A stretch of DNA of 64,000 nt from an uncultured Flavobacteriaceae bacterium (GCA_963844995.1 CAWJQE010000008.1:1884-65883), one strand, 5' to 3'. Counted from the first letter of the stretch, positions 10,569 to 21,167 are shown. Program-made: numbers and translations. Notes: generated from the sequence alone by a model not told the origin.

Positions 10569-11356
10569 TACCCTATTTTGGATTTTAATAGTTTCATTTG
10601 CTCTCTGGCCTTATCGCCCAAAAAGAAAAAATCCAGACTAAAGGCAAGAAAGTTATACTTCATATCTAGTTTTTCCAACACTTTTTGATGATCAGATTCT
10701 ATGACATGAAAGCCTAGCGATTTGGATTTTTTCAGGGTGATCTTATCGATCTCCAACAGTACATCTTTTACATCATCGTCATAAAACATCCCGGGTTTTC
10801 CCATAGAGGCAGATAGGTCATATGGCCCAACAATAATGCCATCTATTCCTTCAACATCGAGAATTTCCTCCAGATTCTTTACTCCCTCTATATGTTCGAT
10901 TTGCGCAATTACCACCGCTTCATTTTGAACCCAATTATTGTACTCATTGAAAGCAGTGCCATAGTGTTGTGCACGAGATAAGCCCACTCCTCTTGTCCCA
11001 AGCGGCGGATATTTTACCCAGGACACGGCTTGTTCTGCCTCCTCCTTGTTTTTAACCATGGGAACAATAACTCCGTTTGCCCCTGCGTCCATCACGCGCT
11101 TTATGATTACCTCATCATTTTTACTTACCCGAACCAATGCTTCCATTTCATTAGCCTGTATATGCCCAATAAGATTTTGTACGGTTTGATAATCTATGGC
11201 AGAATGCTCAATATCTATTGTTAACCACTCAAAACCTGCAGAGGAAAGTATTTCTACGATAGACTGATGAGGTATTGTTAACCAGGAGCCGATGGAAATT
11301 TTTCGGTGTTTTAAATTTTCTTTTAAATGACTTTTTTTATGCTTGAAATTCTTCAC
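10568..11356 (-). CDS. HpcH/HpaI (GarL-like) class II pyruvate aldolase
   Basis: FEWLTIDIEHS, DAGANGVIVP, YPPLGTRG, QIEH, IVGPYDLSASMG. Confidence 0.9.
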   Translation of the reverse strand: MKNFKHKKSHLKENLKHRKISIGSWLTIPHQSIVEILSSAGFEWLTIDIEHSAIDYQTVQNLIGHIQANEMEALVRVSKNDEVIIKRVMDAGANGVIVPMVKNKEEAEQAVSWVKYPPLGTRGVGLSRAQHYGTAFNEYNNWVQNEAVVIAQIEHIEGVKNLEEILDVEGIDGIIVGPYDLSASMGKPGMFYDDDVKDVLLEIDKITLKKSKSLGFHVIESDHQKVLEKLDMKYNFLAFSLDFFFLGDKAREQMKLLKSKIG

Positions 11357-11413
11357 TTGTATAATTTCTGTTAACTGATTAAAATACGTCGAATTGGTTA
11401 AGTAATTTTAAAA

Positions 11414-12088
11414 TTAAATGGCATGTAATCCTTTGTACAAGGACTCTGCTATTTCAAAATCGTGCAGTTCATCAATATCAATTGACTCTATTTTATCCAT
11501 TTCAAACATTAAGGGATTCTTTCCTACGCGCTTTCCTCCTGCATCTTCAAAAGACTTTTTAGAAAAGATATACAAGTTTGAGTTTTCCTCATAGATGGGA
11601 GGCAGGTCTTGGGTGCGTAATAAATTAACCGGATCGTGATTTATGGGCCTGCCATCGCAAGTGTACAAACGGGTGTATAGTCTGTTCACTGAGAAAATTG
11701 AATCGTAGTTTTCCTTCATCTCGATCATGGTCTTAATTGCCCGATCTATGGTTTCTGTTTTCAACAGGGGGTTGGTGCTATGCGTCTGCAGATAAAGGTC
11801 TGCTTCGATGGTATTGATGTCATGTGCGATTATCTTATTCATTGACACTAAATCACCTATGAGATCCTCAGGTCTATCTACTAAAATGATTTTTTCAGAA
11901 TAATTGCTATTTACATCCTTCTTTATGTTCTCACTATCGGTATTAATAACAACATTTGAAATCTTCTCTGATGCCAGCAAACTATCGAGTACCCGATGGT
12001 ATAATGGCTTTCCGCAAAAGTCTTTGAGGTTCTTATTGGGCACTCGCTCCGAGTTTCCTTTCATGGGTAATAATGCTACAACTTTCAT
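11414..12088 (-). CDS. Acylneuraminate/ulosonate cytidylyltransferase (NeuA/CMAS family)
   Basis: PMKGNSERVPNKN, GKPL, QTHSTNPL, RTQDLP, EN, IDIDELHDF. Confidence 0.9.
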   Translation of the reverse strand: MKVVALLPMKGNSERVPNKNLKDFCGKPLYHRVLDSLLASEKISNVVINTDSENIKKDVNSNYSEKIILVDRPEDLIGDLVSMNKIIAHDINTIEADLYLQTHSTNPLLKTETIDRAIKTMIEMKENYDSIFSVNRLYTRLYTCDGRPINHDPVNLLRTQDLPPIYEENSNLYIFSKKSFEDAGGKRVGKNPLMFEMDKIESIDIDELHDFEIAESLYKGLHAI

Positions 12089-12157
12089 ATAGTTCTATTT
12101 GACTAAATTAATCTCAATTAATTCCCTTATCGATTTACAACAACGTCCATTCTGTTG

Positions 12158-12943
12158 CTATTCACCCTTTAGCAACATGCTATTTTCGGGCCTTTTAGCA
12201 AAACTACGATAATTATTATTTACAACAACCTCCGAAGATTTGTAAAGGTTATTTTGCTTCAGAATGGCCTTGGCAAAATCGAACCAGTTCATTACCTCGC
12301 CATCTGTAAAATGATGGATCCCATAATCTGTACTGTTGGCAGTGATCAGCTCGAGCAAGTATGTTGCCAGATGGATGGCGTTCGTTGGACATCCTTTTTG
12401 CTTATCTGTAATGCCAATCCTTTCCCCATTTTTTGCTTTTTCAAGAATAGTAGTATAGAAATTGGGGCCATATTTTGTAGAATACAGCCAGGAGGTTCTT
12501 ATAATGAAGTAGCTTTTTAACGTCTTTTTTATAATCTCTTCTCCAGCAAGTTTAGATGCTCCATATACGTTGATAGGATTGGGGCTGTCTGTGGGCAGAT
12601 AACCTTCAGTTTTTTTGCCATCAAAGACATAATCTGTTGAAATATGAATGAGTTTAACTCCATTTTCAAGACAAGCCAGTGCCAGGTTCTCTACTCCTGT
12701 TGCATTAACAGCATAAGCCGGTTGAGGTGTTTTTTCGGCTTGATCCACATTGGTATAGGCCGCACAATTAATGCAATAATCATAGGCATTCCTAAAAAAA
12801 ATATCGGCTGTGCTTGCCTTTTCTATAATGTTCAGCTCATCTTTCTTTACAAAGTCGAATTTTATGTCGGGGTATGAAGATGCTATTTCCTGAATAGACT
12901 TGCCCAATTGTCCGTCAGCTCCTGTGACCAATACTTTGATCAT
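12158..12943 (-). CDS. rfbD: dTDP-4-dehydrorhamnose reductase
   Basis: TGADGQLG, NCAAYTNVD, HISTDYVFDG, YGASK. Confidence 0.95.
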   Translation of the reverse strand: MIKVLVTGADGQLGKSIQEIASSYPDIKFDFVKKDELNIIEKASTADIFFRNAYDYCINCAAYTNVDQAEKTPQPAYAVNATGVENLALACLENGVKLIHISTDYVFDGKKTEGYLPTDSPNPINVYGASKLAGEEIIKKTLKSYFIIRTSWLYSTKYGPNFYTTILEKAKNGERIGITDKQKGCPTNAIHLATYLLELITANSTDYGIHHFTDGEVMNWFDFAKAILKQNNLYKSSEVVVNNNYRSFAKRPENSMLLKGE

Positions 12944-13485
12944 AACATTATATCTCTTAATTGTGGTAGTTTTTTATCCTTCTCAGATAAGATGATCTGA
13001 TCTGGTGGATATGCCCAATCAATTTGAAGCGCGCGATCATTATACAAAATACCCGATTCTGCATCTTTATTATAAAAGGCATCGCATTTATACAGAAATA
13101 CGGTATCATCCTCTAATGCCAGAAAACCATGTGCCATACCTTTTGGGATAAACAGCATGCGCGGACTTTCCGAAGTTAGGATCGTCTTAAAATGTTTTAG
13201 GTATGTTGGGCTGTCTTTGCGAAGGTCCACAACCACATCCAAAACCGCTCCTTTAACTACCCTAACGAGTTTGGCTTGTGCAAAGTTTCCCGTTTGAAAA
13301 TGTAAGCCTCTCAATACACCTTTTTTGGATACTGAATGGTTGTCCTGAACGAAGTTTAAGGGAGTATTCAAGGTTTTTTCCAGGGACTTCTTATTAAAGG
13401 ACTCGAAAAACACGCCTCTTTTATCTTTGAAAATAATGGGTTCAATGACAAAGCAGTCCGTTAGGTTCGTAGGAATTAATTTCAC
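12940..13485 (-). CDS. rfbC: dTDP-4-dehydrorhamnose 3,5-epimerase
   Basis: DKRGVFFESF, VQDNHS, GVLRGLHFQ, AHGF. Confidence 0.95.
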   Translation of the reverse strand: MKLIPTNLTDCFVIEPIIFKDKRGVFFESFNKKSLEKTLNTPLNFVQDNHSVSKKGVLRGLHFQTGNFAQAKLVRVVKGAVLDVVVDLRKDSPTYLKHFKTILTSESPRMLFIPKGMAHGFLALEDDTVFLYKCDAFYNKDAESGILYNDRALQIDWAYPPDQIILSEKDKKLPQLRDIML

Positions 13486-13492
13486 GTAAGAA

Positions 13493-14350
13493 TTATTTTA
13501 ATTGCAACAAATAGGTCCCATATCCACTTTTTACAAGTGGTTTTGCCAGTTTTTTCAGCGCCTCCTTAGAAATATAGCCCATTTTATATGCGACCTCTTC
13601 AATGGCCCCGATTTTTAACCCTTGTCGCTCTTCAATGACTTCAACAAACTGAGCTGCCTGCATAAGCGACTGGAAAGTGCCTGTATCTAACCAGGCGGTA
13701 CCTCGGTCCAAAATACGCACCTTCAACTTGCCTCGTTCTAAATATGCCTTATTGATATCGGTTATTTCCAATTCTCCCCTATTACTTGGTTTAATTGCTT
13801 TTGCTATTTCAATTACGTCATTATCATAAAAGTAAATCCCTGGAATCGCATAATTGGATTTTGGCTTTGCCGGCTTCTCCTCTATAGAGATTGCGTTCCC
13901 GTTTTGGTCGAACTCAACAACCCCATAACGTTGAGCGTCCTGTACATGATAGCCATAAATAATACCTCCGTTCGGGTTATTGTTCTTTTGTAACAGATTT
14001 GCCAAACCGGCACCATAAAAAATATTGTCTCCTAAGATCAGAGCCACTTTATCCTTACCAATAAAATCTTCTCCTATGAGGAAGGCTTCCGCAATCCCTC
14101 TTGGTTCTTCCTGTACGGCATACTGAAAGGAACACCCGAGGTGGGATCCGTCTCCCAATAATTCTTTAAAAAAAGGACCATCCTGAGGGGTGGTGATAAA
14201 CAGGATTTCCCGAATACCAGATTCCATTAGGGTAGCCAGCGGATAGTAGATCATTGGCTTATCATAGATGGGCATTAATTGCTTGCTAATAACCTTGGTA
14301 ATAGGGTATAAGCGCGTCCCTGAACCTCCTGCCAGAATTATTCCTTTCAT
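13493..14350 (-). CDS. rfbA: Glucose-1-phosphate thymidylyltransferase
   Basis: [44 protein letters not shown]. Confidence 0.97.
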   Translation of the reverse strand: MKGIILAGGSGTRLYPITKVISKQLMPIYDKPMIYYPLATLMESGIREILFITTPQDGPFFKELLGDGSHLGCSFQYAVQEEPRGIAEAFLIGEDFIGKDKVALILGDNIFYGAGLANLLQKNNNPNGGIIYGYHVQDAQRYGVVEFDQNGNAISIEEKPAKPKSNYAIPGIYFYDNDVIEIAKAIKPSNRGELEITDINKAYLERGKLKVRILDRGTAWLDTGTFQSLMQAAQFVEVIEERQGLKIGAIEEVAYKMGYISKEALKKLAKPLVKSGYGTYLLQLK

Positions 14351-14357
14351 TTTATAC

Positions 14358-15365
14358 TTATTGGTATTTTTCTATGTACCATTGAATGGTCTTTCGCAGG
14401 CCATCCTTAAAATTTTGTTTCGGAGCCCACTTCAATTCTTTTTTGATCTTTGCAGCGTCTATCGCGTACCGATAATCATGCCCCGGGCGGTCTTTTACAA
14501 AGGTGATCTGATCTTTATAGCTGCCTTTAGGATTTGGTGCCATCTCGTTTAACAATCCACATACCTCAGAAGCAAGATACAAATTAGTGTGCTCATTATC
14601 CGCCCCTACCACGTATGTTTCTCCTGCTTTACCTTTCTGAAATATCAGGTTAATGGCATGGCAGTGATCTACCACAAAAAGCCAGTCTCGTATATTGGTA
14701 CCTTTCCCATATATCGGAATTGGTTCGTTGTTAAGAGCTTTGCGAATGATGGTTGGAATTAATTTCTCATCGTGCTGCTTAGGACCATAATTATTAGAAC
14801 AATTGCTGATTACCGTATTTAACCCATAGGTTCTGTGATAACTCCTTACCAGAAAATCTGCAGATGCTTTGGAGGCACTGTAAGGGCTATTGGGGGCATA
14901 AGCAGATTCTTCCGTAAAAAAACCTTCCCCATTCAGACTTCCGTATACCTCATCCGTTGAAATATGGTGGAACCGATTTTTGTTTGATCCATTTTTCTGA
15001 TCAAGCCAATATTTTCTTGCAGCTTCCAGTAAAATAAAGGTTCCCTCTATATTGGTTTTAATAAAACTGTTAGGGGAATGTATGGAGTTGTCAACATGAG
15101 TTTCTGCAGCGAAATGAATCACTGCATCAATTTTATACTTTTTGAAAATTTCATTGACAAGTACTTCATCGCAAATATCTCCCTGTATAAAATGGTGCCT
15201 TTTGTTGCTCTCCAGCTCGCTTAAATTCGAAAGGTTCCCCGCATAGGTTAACTTGTCCAAATTAATGATCCTCGCAGACGGATGGGTATGTAAATAAAAA
15301 GGGATAAAATTACTGGCAATAAAACCTGCACCCCCGGTTACTAATACGTTCTCATTCTCCTTCAT
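14358..15365 (-). CDS. rfbB: dTDP-glucose 4,6-dehydratase
   Basis: [36 protein letters not shown]. Confidence 0.97.
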   Translation of the reverse strand: MKENENVLVTGGAGFIASNFIPFYLHTHPSARIINLDKLTYAGNLSNLSELESNKRHHFIQGDICDEVLVNEIFKKYKIDAVIHFAAETHVDNSIHSPNSFIKTNIEGTFILLEAARKYWLDQKNGSNKNRFHHISTDEVYGSLNGEGFFTEESAYAPNSPYSASKASADFLVRSYHRTYGLNTVISNCSNNYGPKQHDEKLIPTIIRKALNNEPIPIYGKGTNIRDWLFVVDHCHAINLIFQKGKAGETYVVGADNEHTNLYLASEVCGLLNEMAPNPKGSYKDQITFVKDRPGHDYRYAIDAAKIKKELKWAPKQNFKDGLRKTIQWYIEKYQ

Positions 15366-16367
15366 GCCTTAATTTCCATAGCCTTCTTATTCAGGTATTT
15401 CAAAAAAGCGAACAGGAAGAAAATTCCTATAAACAATAGGGGAAATAAAAATATATTCTTTTTATATAGCGGTTTAAGTACTTTTTGAGGTTTTCCAAAA
15501 TTTATTATTGTAATTGCCTCTTTTCGTCCTTCAACTCTAATTTTTTTGCCTCCGTATCCCTAATCAATTGATTTTTCAAAGAAAACAATTGCGGAACATT
15601 TAATTGTTGTTCGTTGTTTAAGGTGATTTGTCCCTCTGTACCATTATTCTCCGCCAGCATTTTCTTGGAATAATTAGTGATGAGCATATCAATTTGCTTC
15701 AATAAGGAGTCGTTCTGCACAATTCTGTTTTGAGCATTTTCCATGTATGTTCTTACCACTTCCTTATAAAAGGAATTCGAATTGATATAATCCATAAATA
15801 TTCTGGCGTATTTATCCCCTAATCTTTGGATCTTTATAATAAAATGTAATTCGTTGATCCATGGAACTTTTATCTAAAATTTCTGCCCTTACAATGTCTG
15901 ATATGGCTCCTGAATTTTCAAAACTCTGCAGTAATTCCAAATATTTCATTTCTGTTTCCAGATTCTCTTTATTTCCTCCACTTACCGGGGCTACTTCAAT
16001 TTCAAAATCCTTTAATTTCTTTAACATCAATTCCCAAACTCTGTAAAAAATAACGTGTCCTCTGCTTTAATATTTGCCTGTAATTCTGCGACAACATCAT
16101 AGAGATAGTTTTTGCTTTCAAGATTAGGTGAAACAATTACCTCTGTCTTCATTTTTTTTGAAATGATTTGATTTAAACCAAATCCTGTTAAAGCACCGAG
16201 AATAGCCAGCACCAATTAAAATGATTGCATTTCTTTTAAAATATAGAAATACGGAAAGTAGCCCTCTGAAAATTCTGATTGAAGCCATTTCCTATCATCT
16301 GAAATAGTTGTCCCAGATCTATTTCATCATTCGATGAAGTGTTATTGGATTTTAGTTCTTTAGCCAT
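15362..16367 (-). pseudogene. Wzz-like chain-length regulator broken by about 5-6 single-base frameshifts (decay or consensus error)
   Basis: ATG 16367 MAKELKSNNTSSNDEIDLGQLF, N-terminal TM, track fragments 16027-16215, 15812-16030, 15505-15795, then a C-terminal TM ...[27 protein letters not shown] overlapping the rfbB ATG. Confidence 0.7.
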
Positions 16368-16387
16368 AACTATGAATTAAATATTTG

Positions 16388-18055
16388 TTATAATATTTTA
16401 TCGGTTATCAAATAGGTTGGTTTAACCCCAGTAGTGCCTAAGCCTCCGGAGGCAAGGGTACTCCCGGTCTCCAGCGGATTATCTGAGGCATAGTATGCGT
16501 AACGAACTTTTACATCCTCCCTGATACTTCGCCTGATCTTAGATGCCGACTGAATTGCCTTTTGATAGTGTACCCCTTCCATTTCGAGCCCAATAACCTC
16601 CCAGGTAGATTCATGGAAGAATTTGAGAATATCTTTGTTCTGTAATGATGTTCCCAATACCGTTACCATGGTACCTTCCAATACTTTTAGTCCATTCCCC
16701 CTAAAATCATCTCCACTAAGCTCATTTTTAAAGGGATAATTGTCAGCTGTCCCTTCAAAAATATGGGCCGATGGGATCATCAGATCTCCCTTCCCTCCTT
16801 CCAGAATCCCGGCCTTGCCCATAATGGAAATGGAAGCAATGTCTAAATAAAAAGGGTTTTTATGCTTCTGCTTAAATGGCTTTAGTAATTCATCTATAGA
16901 CTCAAACGCTTGTTCCCCAAAGGCATAATCCATCACAAAAATGACCGGTTTATGCTCATTTGAAAGATTGGCGGGAAGCTCATAACAGCATATATCCTTA
17001 CCCAATTTTGCCATATCAAATATCTGTACATCAATATTGGTTCCGGATACATCCTTAATTTCAATCATTCCATTTTTACGTGCCACAGCAAGCACTTTCT
17101 CCCGTAATTTAGCATTCTTTTCCAGACTTAACTGCTGATATAGTTCCAGAAGACTTCCCCCTGCCGATTCTTTTTCCAATGCTTTTTTTGCATAAAGCGA
17201 GTTCACTACACTATGCATGTTAGCACTAATAATGTGGATAGGCCTTTTAAGTAAACCGTGCTTGTTTAAGGTGTCCTTTATGTTATGTGCCCATTGTTCT
17301 CCGTGAATATGGTGACCCAGTCGCTCCCTTAAAAGTGCGCTAAAGGTGATCGTCCTTTTTTCCCCGTCCGTCTCCTCCTCAATAGCTAATTTACCCAACC
17401 AATAAATGATCTTTAAAAATCGTTCGGGATCTTTTTTGGTTGCCAGTTTATTGTACACATCCATGGTCTCCACAAAGGATCTGCCTAAAATATTAGCAGT
17501 ATGGATCAATGCAACTTCCCTTTCTTCCTGATTGAGCTTAGATTTTTTAGCTGCTGCTTCCAATTTCTGCCAATCACGAATGGTCTTATCCGTATCTTCT
17601 ATAAGTACCCGGTTACATATTTTACCAGATTCAATAAAAAGAAAAGTAAGATGGGTCAAAATATCATAAATATCAGACCGGCCCCGGGTAATCTCAATGT
17701 TCATCTGTTCGTCATCGATCCTATAACAATTACGCCTCCTTTTTGGCGGAATAATAGGTGTAAAATGTGTCTTGGAATACCCTTCATCCGAAGTTAAATT
17801 GATAAAACGACACTGCTCTATACCTTCAGGAAGCCTTTCCAGGACATATAGCAGCCCATTGAGCTCTGCTTTTTCTTCTGCTATGGACCCATAGATCTCG
17901 GGCCTTAACAATAATAGTGCATTTCGTAATGTCTCCCCGGAAACCCCCATCGGCTTGTAAAAGCCTCTATTGAAAAGATGGCGCATGGTGATATACAAAC
18001 GTTCAATGGCGTTTGTTGACTCCTGTGCCCTTGTTGTATCTTTTATTTTACTCAT
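16388..18055 (-). CDS. Conserved Flavobacteriia protein (DUF6909-like) with nucleoside phosphorylase-like C-terminal motifs
   Basis: Start moved to ATG 18055, downstream of a TAttTTTG box. Motifs MGKAGILEG..GDLMIP, GLEMEG, ASDNP. TAA at 16388-16390 is followed in frame by QIFNS*. Confidence 0.7.
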   Translation of the reverse strand: MSKIKDTTRAQESTNAIERLYITMRHLFNRGFYKPMGVSGETLRNALLLLRPEIYGSIAEEKAELNGLLYVLERLPEGIEQCRFINLTSDEGYSKTHFTPIIPPKRRRNCYRIDDEQMNIEITRGRSDIYDILTHLTFLFIESGKICNRVLIEDTDKTIRDWQKLEAAAKKSKLNQEEREVALIHTANILGRSFVETMDVYNKLATKKDPERFLKIIYWLGKLAIEEETDGEKRTITFSALLRERLGHHIHGEQWAHNIKDTLNKHGLLKRPIHIISANMHSVVNSLYAKKALEKESAGGSLLELYQQLSLEKNAKLREKVLAVARKNGMIEIKDVSGTNIDVQIFDMAKLGKDICCYELPANLSNEHKPVIFVMDYAFGEQAFESIDELLKPFKQKHKNPFYLDIASISIMGKAGILEGGKGDLMIPSAHIFEGTADNYPFKNELSGDDFRGNGLKVLEGTMVTVLGTSLQNKDILKFFHESTWEVIGLEMEGVHYQKAIQSASKIRRSIREDVKVRYAYYASDNPLETGSTLASGGLGTTGVKPTYLITDKIL

Positions 18056-18118
18056 AAATCCCCACAAAAATACACTTATTATTCATGATTTCAGCCCTCT
18101 TACAATAGCCTGCCCAAT

Positions 18119-19618
18119 CTACTGCTCCTTTTGAATCTCAAGGCCAGTAGCGACCTTCCTGTCATTAGACAGGCGTTGTACTTTGTTTTGGCCACCTAGT
18201 TTCCCAACCGACTTCATATACTCCTGAAAACCTCCTGGTTTTATTGGCGTGATTTTTAAAGGTTGAAGGATGCTTCCCTTTATCAGATCCAGGTAATAAC
18301 TATTTTGCTGCTGAAGGGCCACATCTAACGTTTGTGCAAACTTTTTCATGTCTGAAGGTTTCTTGCCAAACTCAATAAACCATTCGTGATACGGAAGCTC
18401 TTTATTTACCGGCGTGATCTGAGGGGCTACCGTAAACTCATTTACCTCTGCACCTATAGCCTTTATGGCTTCTTGCATGGCGTATTCTACTTCTTTGGCA
18501 ATAACATGTTCCCCAAAAGCCGAAATAAAATGCTTTATCCTTCCTGAAACAATGATCCTATAGGGCTTTGTAGCAATAAACTGAATGGTATCTCCCAGGT
18601 CGTATGCCCAAAGTCCGGCATTGGTAGAGATGATCATCGCATAATTAACTCCAATTTCCACTTCTTGCAGCGTAATTCTTTCCCGATTTTCATTAAAAAA
18701 ATCTTCTGCCCGCACAAACTCATAGAAAATTCCGGAATTCAGTAAAAGGAGCATCCCTCTTTCATCCTGTTTGTCCTGATAGGCAAAAAATCCTTCACTA
18801 GCCGGAAATAGTTCAATACTAGCTACTTTTCTGCCTATCAGACTCTCAAAGGTTGCCCTATAAGGTTCATAATTTACACCCCCGTAAATAAAAAGTTCAA
18901 AGTTTTTAAAGAGCTCTCCAACGTTTTTCCCTGAAACCGACCTTAATTTTTCAAAATACATTTGTACCCAGGAAGGTATGCCCGCAATGACCGTCATATT
19001 TTGATCTATGGTCTCTTCAATGATCTTGTCTACCTTGGTTTCCCAATCCTCAATACAATTGGTCTCCCAACTTGGCAATCTGTTTTTTTGTAGATAATTA
19101 GGCACATAATGCGCAGAGATCCCCGAAAGTCGGCCTAGTTTAATGCCATTTTTTTCTGTGAGTTCCGGACTTCCTTGCAAAAAGATCATTTTTCCATTTA
19201 CGAAAGCTGTCTTTCCGGTTTCATGAATATAATTGAGGATGGCATTTCTGGATGCTTCTACCTGATGCTTAATGGAGTTGGATGTAATTGGAATATATTT
19301 TGCTCCGGAAGTGGTTCCGCTCGTTTTTGCAAAATAAATGGGTATTCCCGGCCAAAGAATATCTGCTTCACCCTCAACAATTTTATTTACATAGGGTTTA
19401 AGATCTTCATAATCGCGTATCGGAACCCGATCTGTGAAATCTTTATGGGAATTGATCTTATCAAATTGATGGTCTATCCCAAATTGAGTGTTCTTTGCTG
19501 ATGAAATAAGATCTTTAAAAACGGTCTCTTGGGTGCTAATTGGGTTATTGACCCATTGCATAGTTCTTTTGTGGACAATACTTGCAAAGATCTTAGCGGC
19601 TAAAGATTTTAAGAACAT
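18119..19618 (-). CDS. GH3 family acyl-adenylate/amido synthetase
   Basis: FAKTSGTTSGAKYIP, ELFPASEGF, YDLGD, GGQNKV.RL. Confidence 0.9.
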   Translation of the reverse strand: MFLKSLAAKIFASIVHKRTMQWVNNPISTQETVFKDLISSAKNTQFGIDHQFDKINSHKDFTDRVPIRDYEDLKPYVNKIVEGEADILWPGIPIYFAKTSGTTSGAKYIPITSNSIKHQVEASRNAILNYIHETGKTAFVNGKMIFLQGSPELTEKNGIKLGRLSGISAHYVPNYLQKNRLPSWETNCIEDWETKVDKIIEETIDQNMTVIAGIPSWVQMYFEKLRSVSGKNVGELFKNFELFIYGGVNYEPYRATFESLIGRKVASIELFPASEGFFAYQDKQDERGMLLLLNSGIFYEFVRAEDFFNENRERITLQEVEIGVNYAMIISTNAGLWAYDLGDTIQFIATKPYRIIVSGRIKHFISAFGEHVIAKEVEYAMQEAIKAIGAEVNEFTVAPQITPVNKELPYHEWFIEFGKKPSDMKKFAQTLDVALQQQNSYYLDLIKGSILQPLKITPIKPGGFQEYMKSVGKLGGQNKVQRLSNDRKVATGLEIQKEQ

Positions 19619-19623
19619 GTAGT

Positions 19624-20493
19624 TTAGTTAAAATCGATATAATCTGATGGATTTACGGGATTTCCATTGCTCCATAATTCAAAATGCAGATGGGGTCCGG
19701 TGGTGAATTCGCCCGTATTACCTACAGAAGCAATGACCTCCCCTGCTCTTACAAGATCTCCTTGGGCCTTATTTAATGAACTATTGTGTTTATATACTGA
19801 TAATAACCCCTCTTCGTGCTCCATAATTAAAACAAAACCTGTGTCAGCTGTCCACTCGGAAAAAATAACCGTGCCATTGGCCACTGCTTTTACCGGGGCG
19901 TCCTTTTCAGCAACAATATCCACGGCAAAATGCTTCTTTTCGGCATTGTACTCTTGGGAAATTACTCCGGTAACCGGTGAAAACAAGACAAGACTACCCT
20001 GTGAGGTATTCCGCTGAAACAGATTATACTTATCTTCCAGGGCCACTTGTGCTCTTAGAATAGAGTCTTCCCGAATGGGCGACAAGTCAACTGTAGACGG
20101 ATCTATTTTAAATTGCTCAAACAAAGAATCTCTGTTTATTTCGTTGTTCTCCACATCCCCTCGTAAGACCATCCGAATATTTTCTAAATACCTGTTGGTA
20201 TAATTTAATACAGTTACAAGGGAATCCGTTTTATAGGTAAGTTCGGTAGCTTCTTTTTTTAGCCGAGTTGAAGAATACCCCGGAATATACTCTCTCAAAG
20301 GTGTAAAGGCTATTAGTAGTGTAGTTAGTCCTATCAGCACAATTATAAAGAGCGTTCCTGTGATAAAAACGTTCAACCTGCTTAATTTAAAAGAGATCTT
20401 TTCTTCAAAAGTACTTTCATTAAGTATCACTAAGCGATACTTATGTAAGAGCTTGCGCTTAATCTCTTTTCGTTTTTTGCCTTTTTTCTCCAT
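19624..20493 (-). CDS. M23 family metallopeptidase
   Basis: HFAVD, YKHN, GPHLHFELW; N-terminal TM; ATG at 20493. Confidence 0.9.
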   Translation of the reverse strand: MEKKGKKRKEIKRKLLHKYRLVILNESTFEEKISFKLSRLNVFITGTLFIIVLIGLTTLLIAFTPLREYIPGYSSTRLKKEATELTYKTDSLVTVLNYTNRYLENIRMVLRGDVENNEINRDSLFEQFKIDPSTVDLSPIREDSILRAQVALEDKYNLFQRNTSQGSLVLFSPVTGVISQEYNAEKKHFAVDIVAEKDAPVKAVANGTVIFSEWTADTGFVLIMEHEEGLLSVYKHNSSLNKAQGDLVRAGEVIASVGNTGEFTTGPHLHFELWSNGNPVNPSDYIDFN

Positions 20494-20695
20494 CAAACAC
20501 AAAGATACATTTCGAATTGAATTTCAACATACTACTACCTTAAAAATGATAATAGTGCCTAATTGTGCTCAATAATTGTTATAAATACCCCATTTGCTGA
20601 TTTTACTCCGCAATTTAAGTACAATCTTAACGTTTGGAATAAATAATATCTATCTAGTTTTTTATTACCTTTGTCTACCTTATAAATTGAAGCAC

Positions 20696-20878
20696 ATGAT
20701 CTTACTTGTACCTTTTCTGGCAATAGGCCCCTGGCAAATAGCAGTCGTAGTAGTTTTAGTACTATTGTTATTTGGCGGCAAAAAAATTCCCGAACTAATG
20801 CGGGGATTGGGTAGCGGAATTAAAGAATTTAAAGACGCCTCTAAAGAAGATGATAAATTAGAGGAGAAAAAAGAGTAA
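20696..20878 (+). CDS. tatA: Twin-arginine translocase TatA/E subunit
   Basis: GPWQI..LLLFGGKKIPELMRGLGSGIKEFK; start at ATG 20696 after a TAccTTTG box (20666-20673). Confidence 0.93.
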   Translation: MILLVPFLAIGPWQIAVVVVLVLLLFGGKKIPELMRGLGSGIKEFKDASKEDDKLEEKKE

Positions 20879-20898
20879 AAAAACAACATAAACCTGGT

Positions 20899-20931
20899 AA
20901 AAAGGCGAGCTTTTAAAGCTCGCCTTTTTTT
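20899..20931 (+). terminator. Intrinsic terminator after tatA
   Basis: aaaaaggcgagc-ttttaaa-gctcgccttttttt hairpin with U-tract. Confidence 0.85.
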
Positions 20932-21167
20932 GTTTCTAATCTCCCTTTTCCAGATTCAAAAAACACCTTAATCATTTGGGGTAGTAAAAACTCAATGAAA
21001 ATAGGTGGTGATATTTCATATACTTATCGGTATTTTATTGATTTTTTCATCCTAATTATTGGAATCTATTTTCTACGTCAAAATCCAACGCTGATTACAT
21101 CTCAAATAATGAAAAATCTACTTTTCTAAACCACTATCATTTGTTAGAGGTACATATTATTGAGATA

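Noticed and set aside
20594-20695. Upstream extensions given by the track for tatA (and similarly gltX, OmpH, M23, DUF6909-like)
   Set aside because: The extensions overlap TAnnTTTG promoter boxes; downstream ATGs fit family N-termini better.
20932-21160. Long AT-rich intergenic region as sRNA or riboswitch
   Set aside because: No recognisable aptamer or stable structure beyond the tatA terminator; cannot be supported without expression data.
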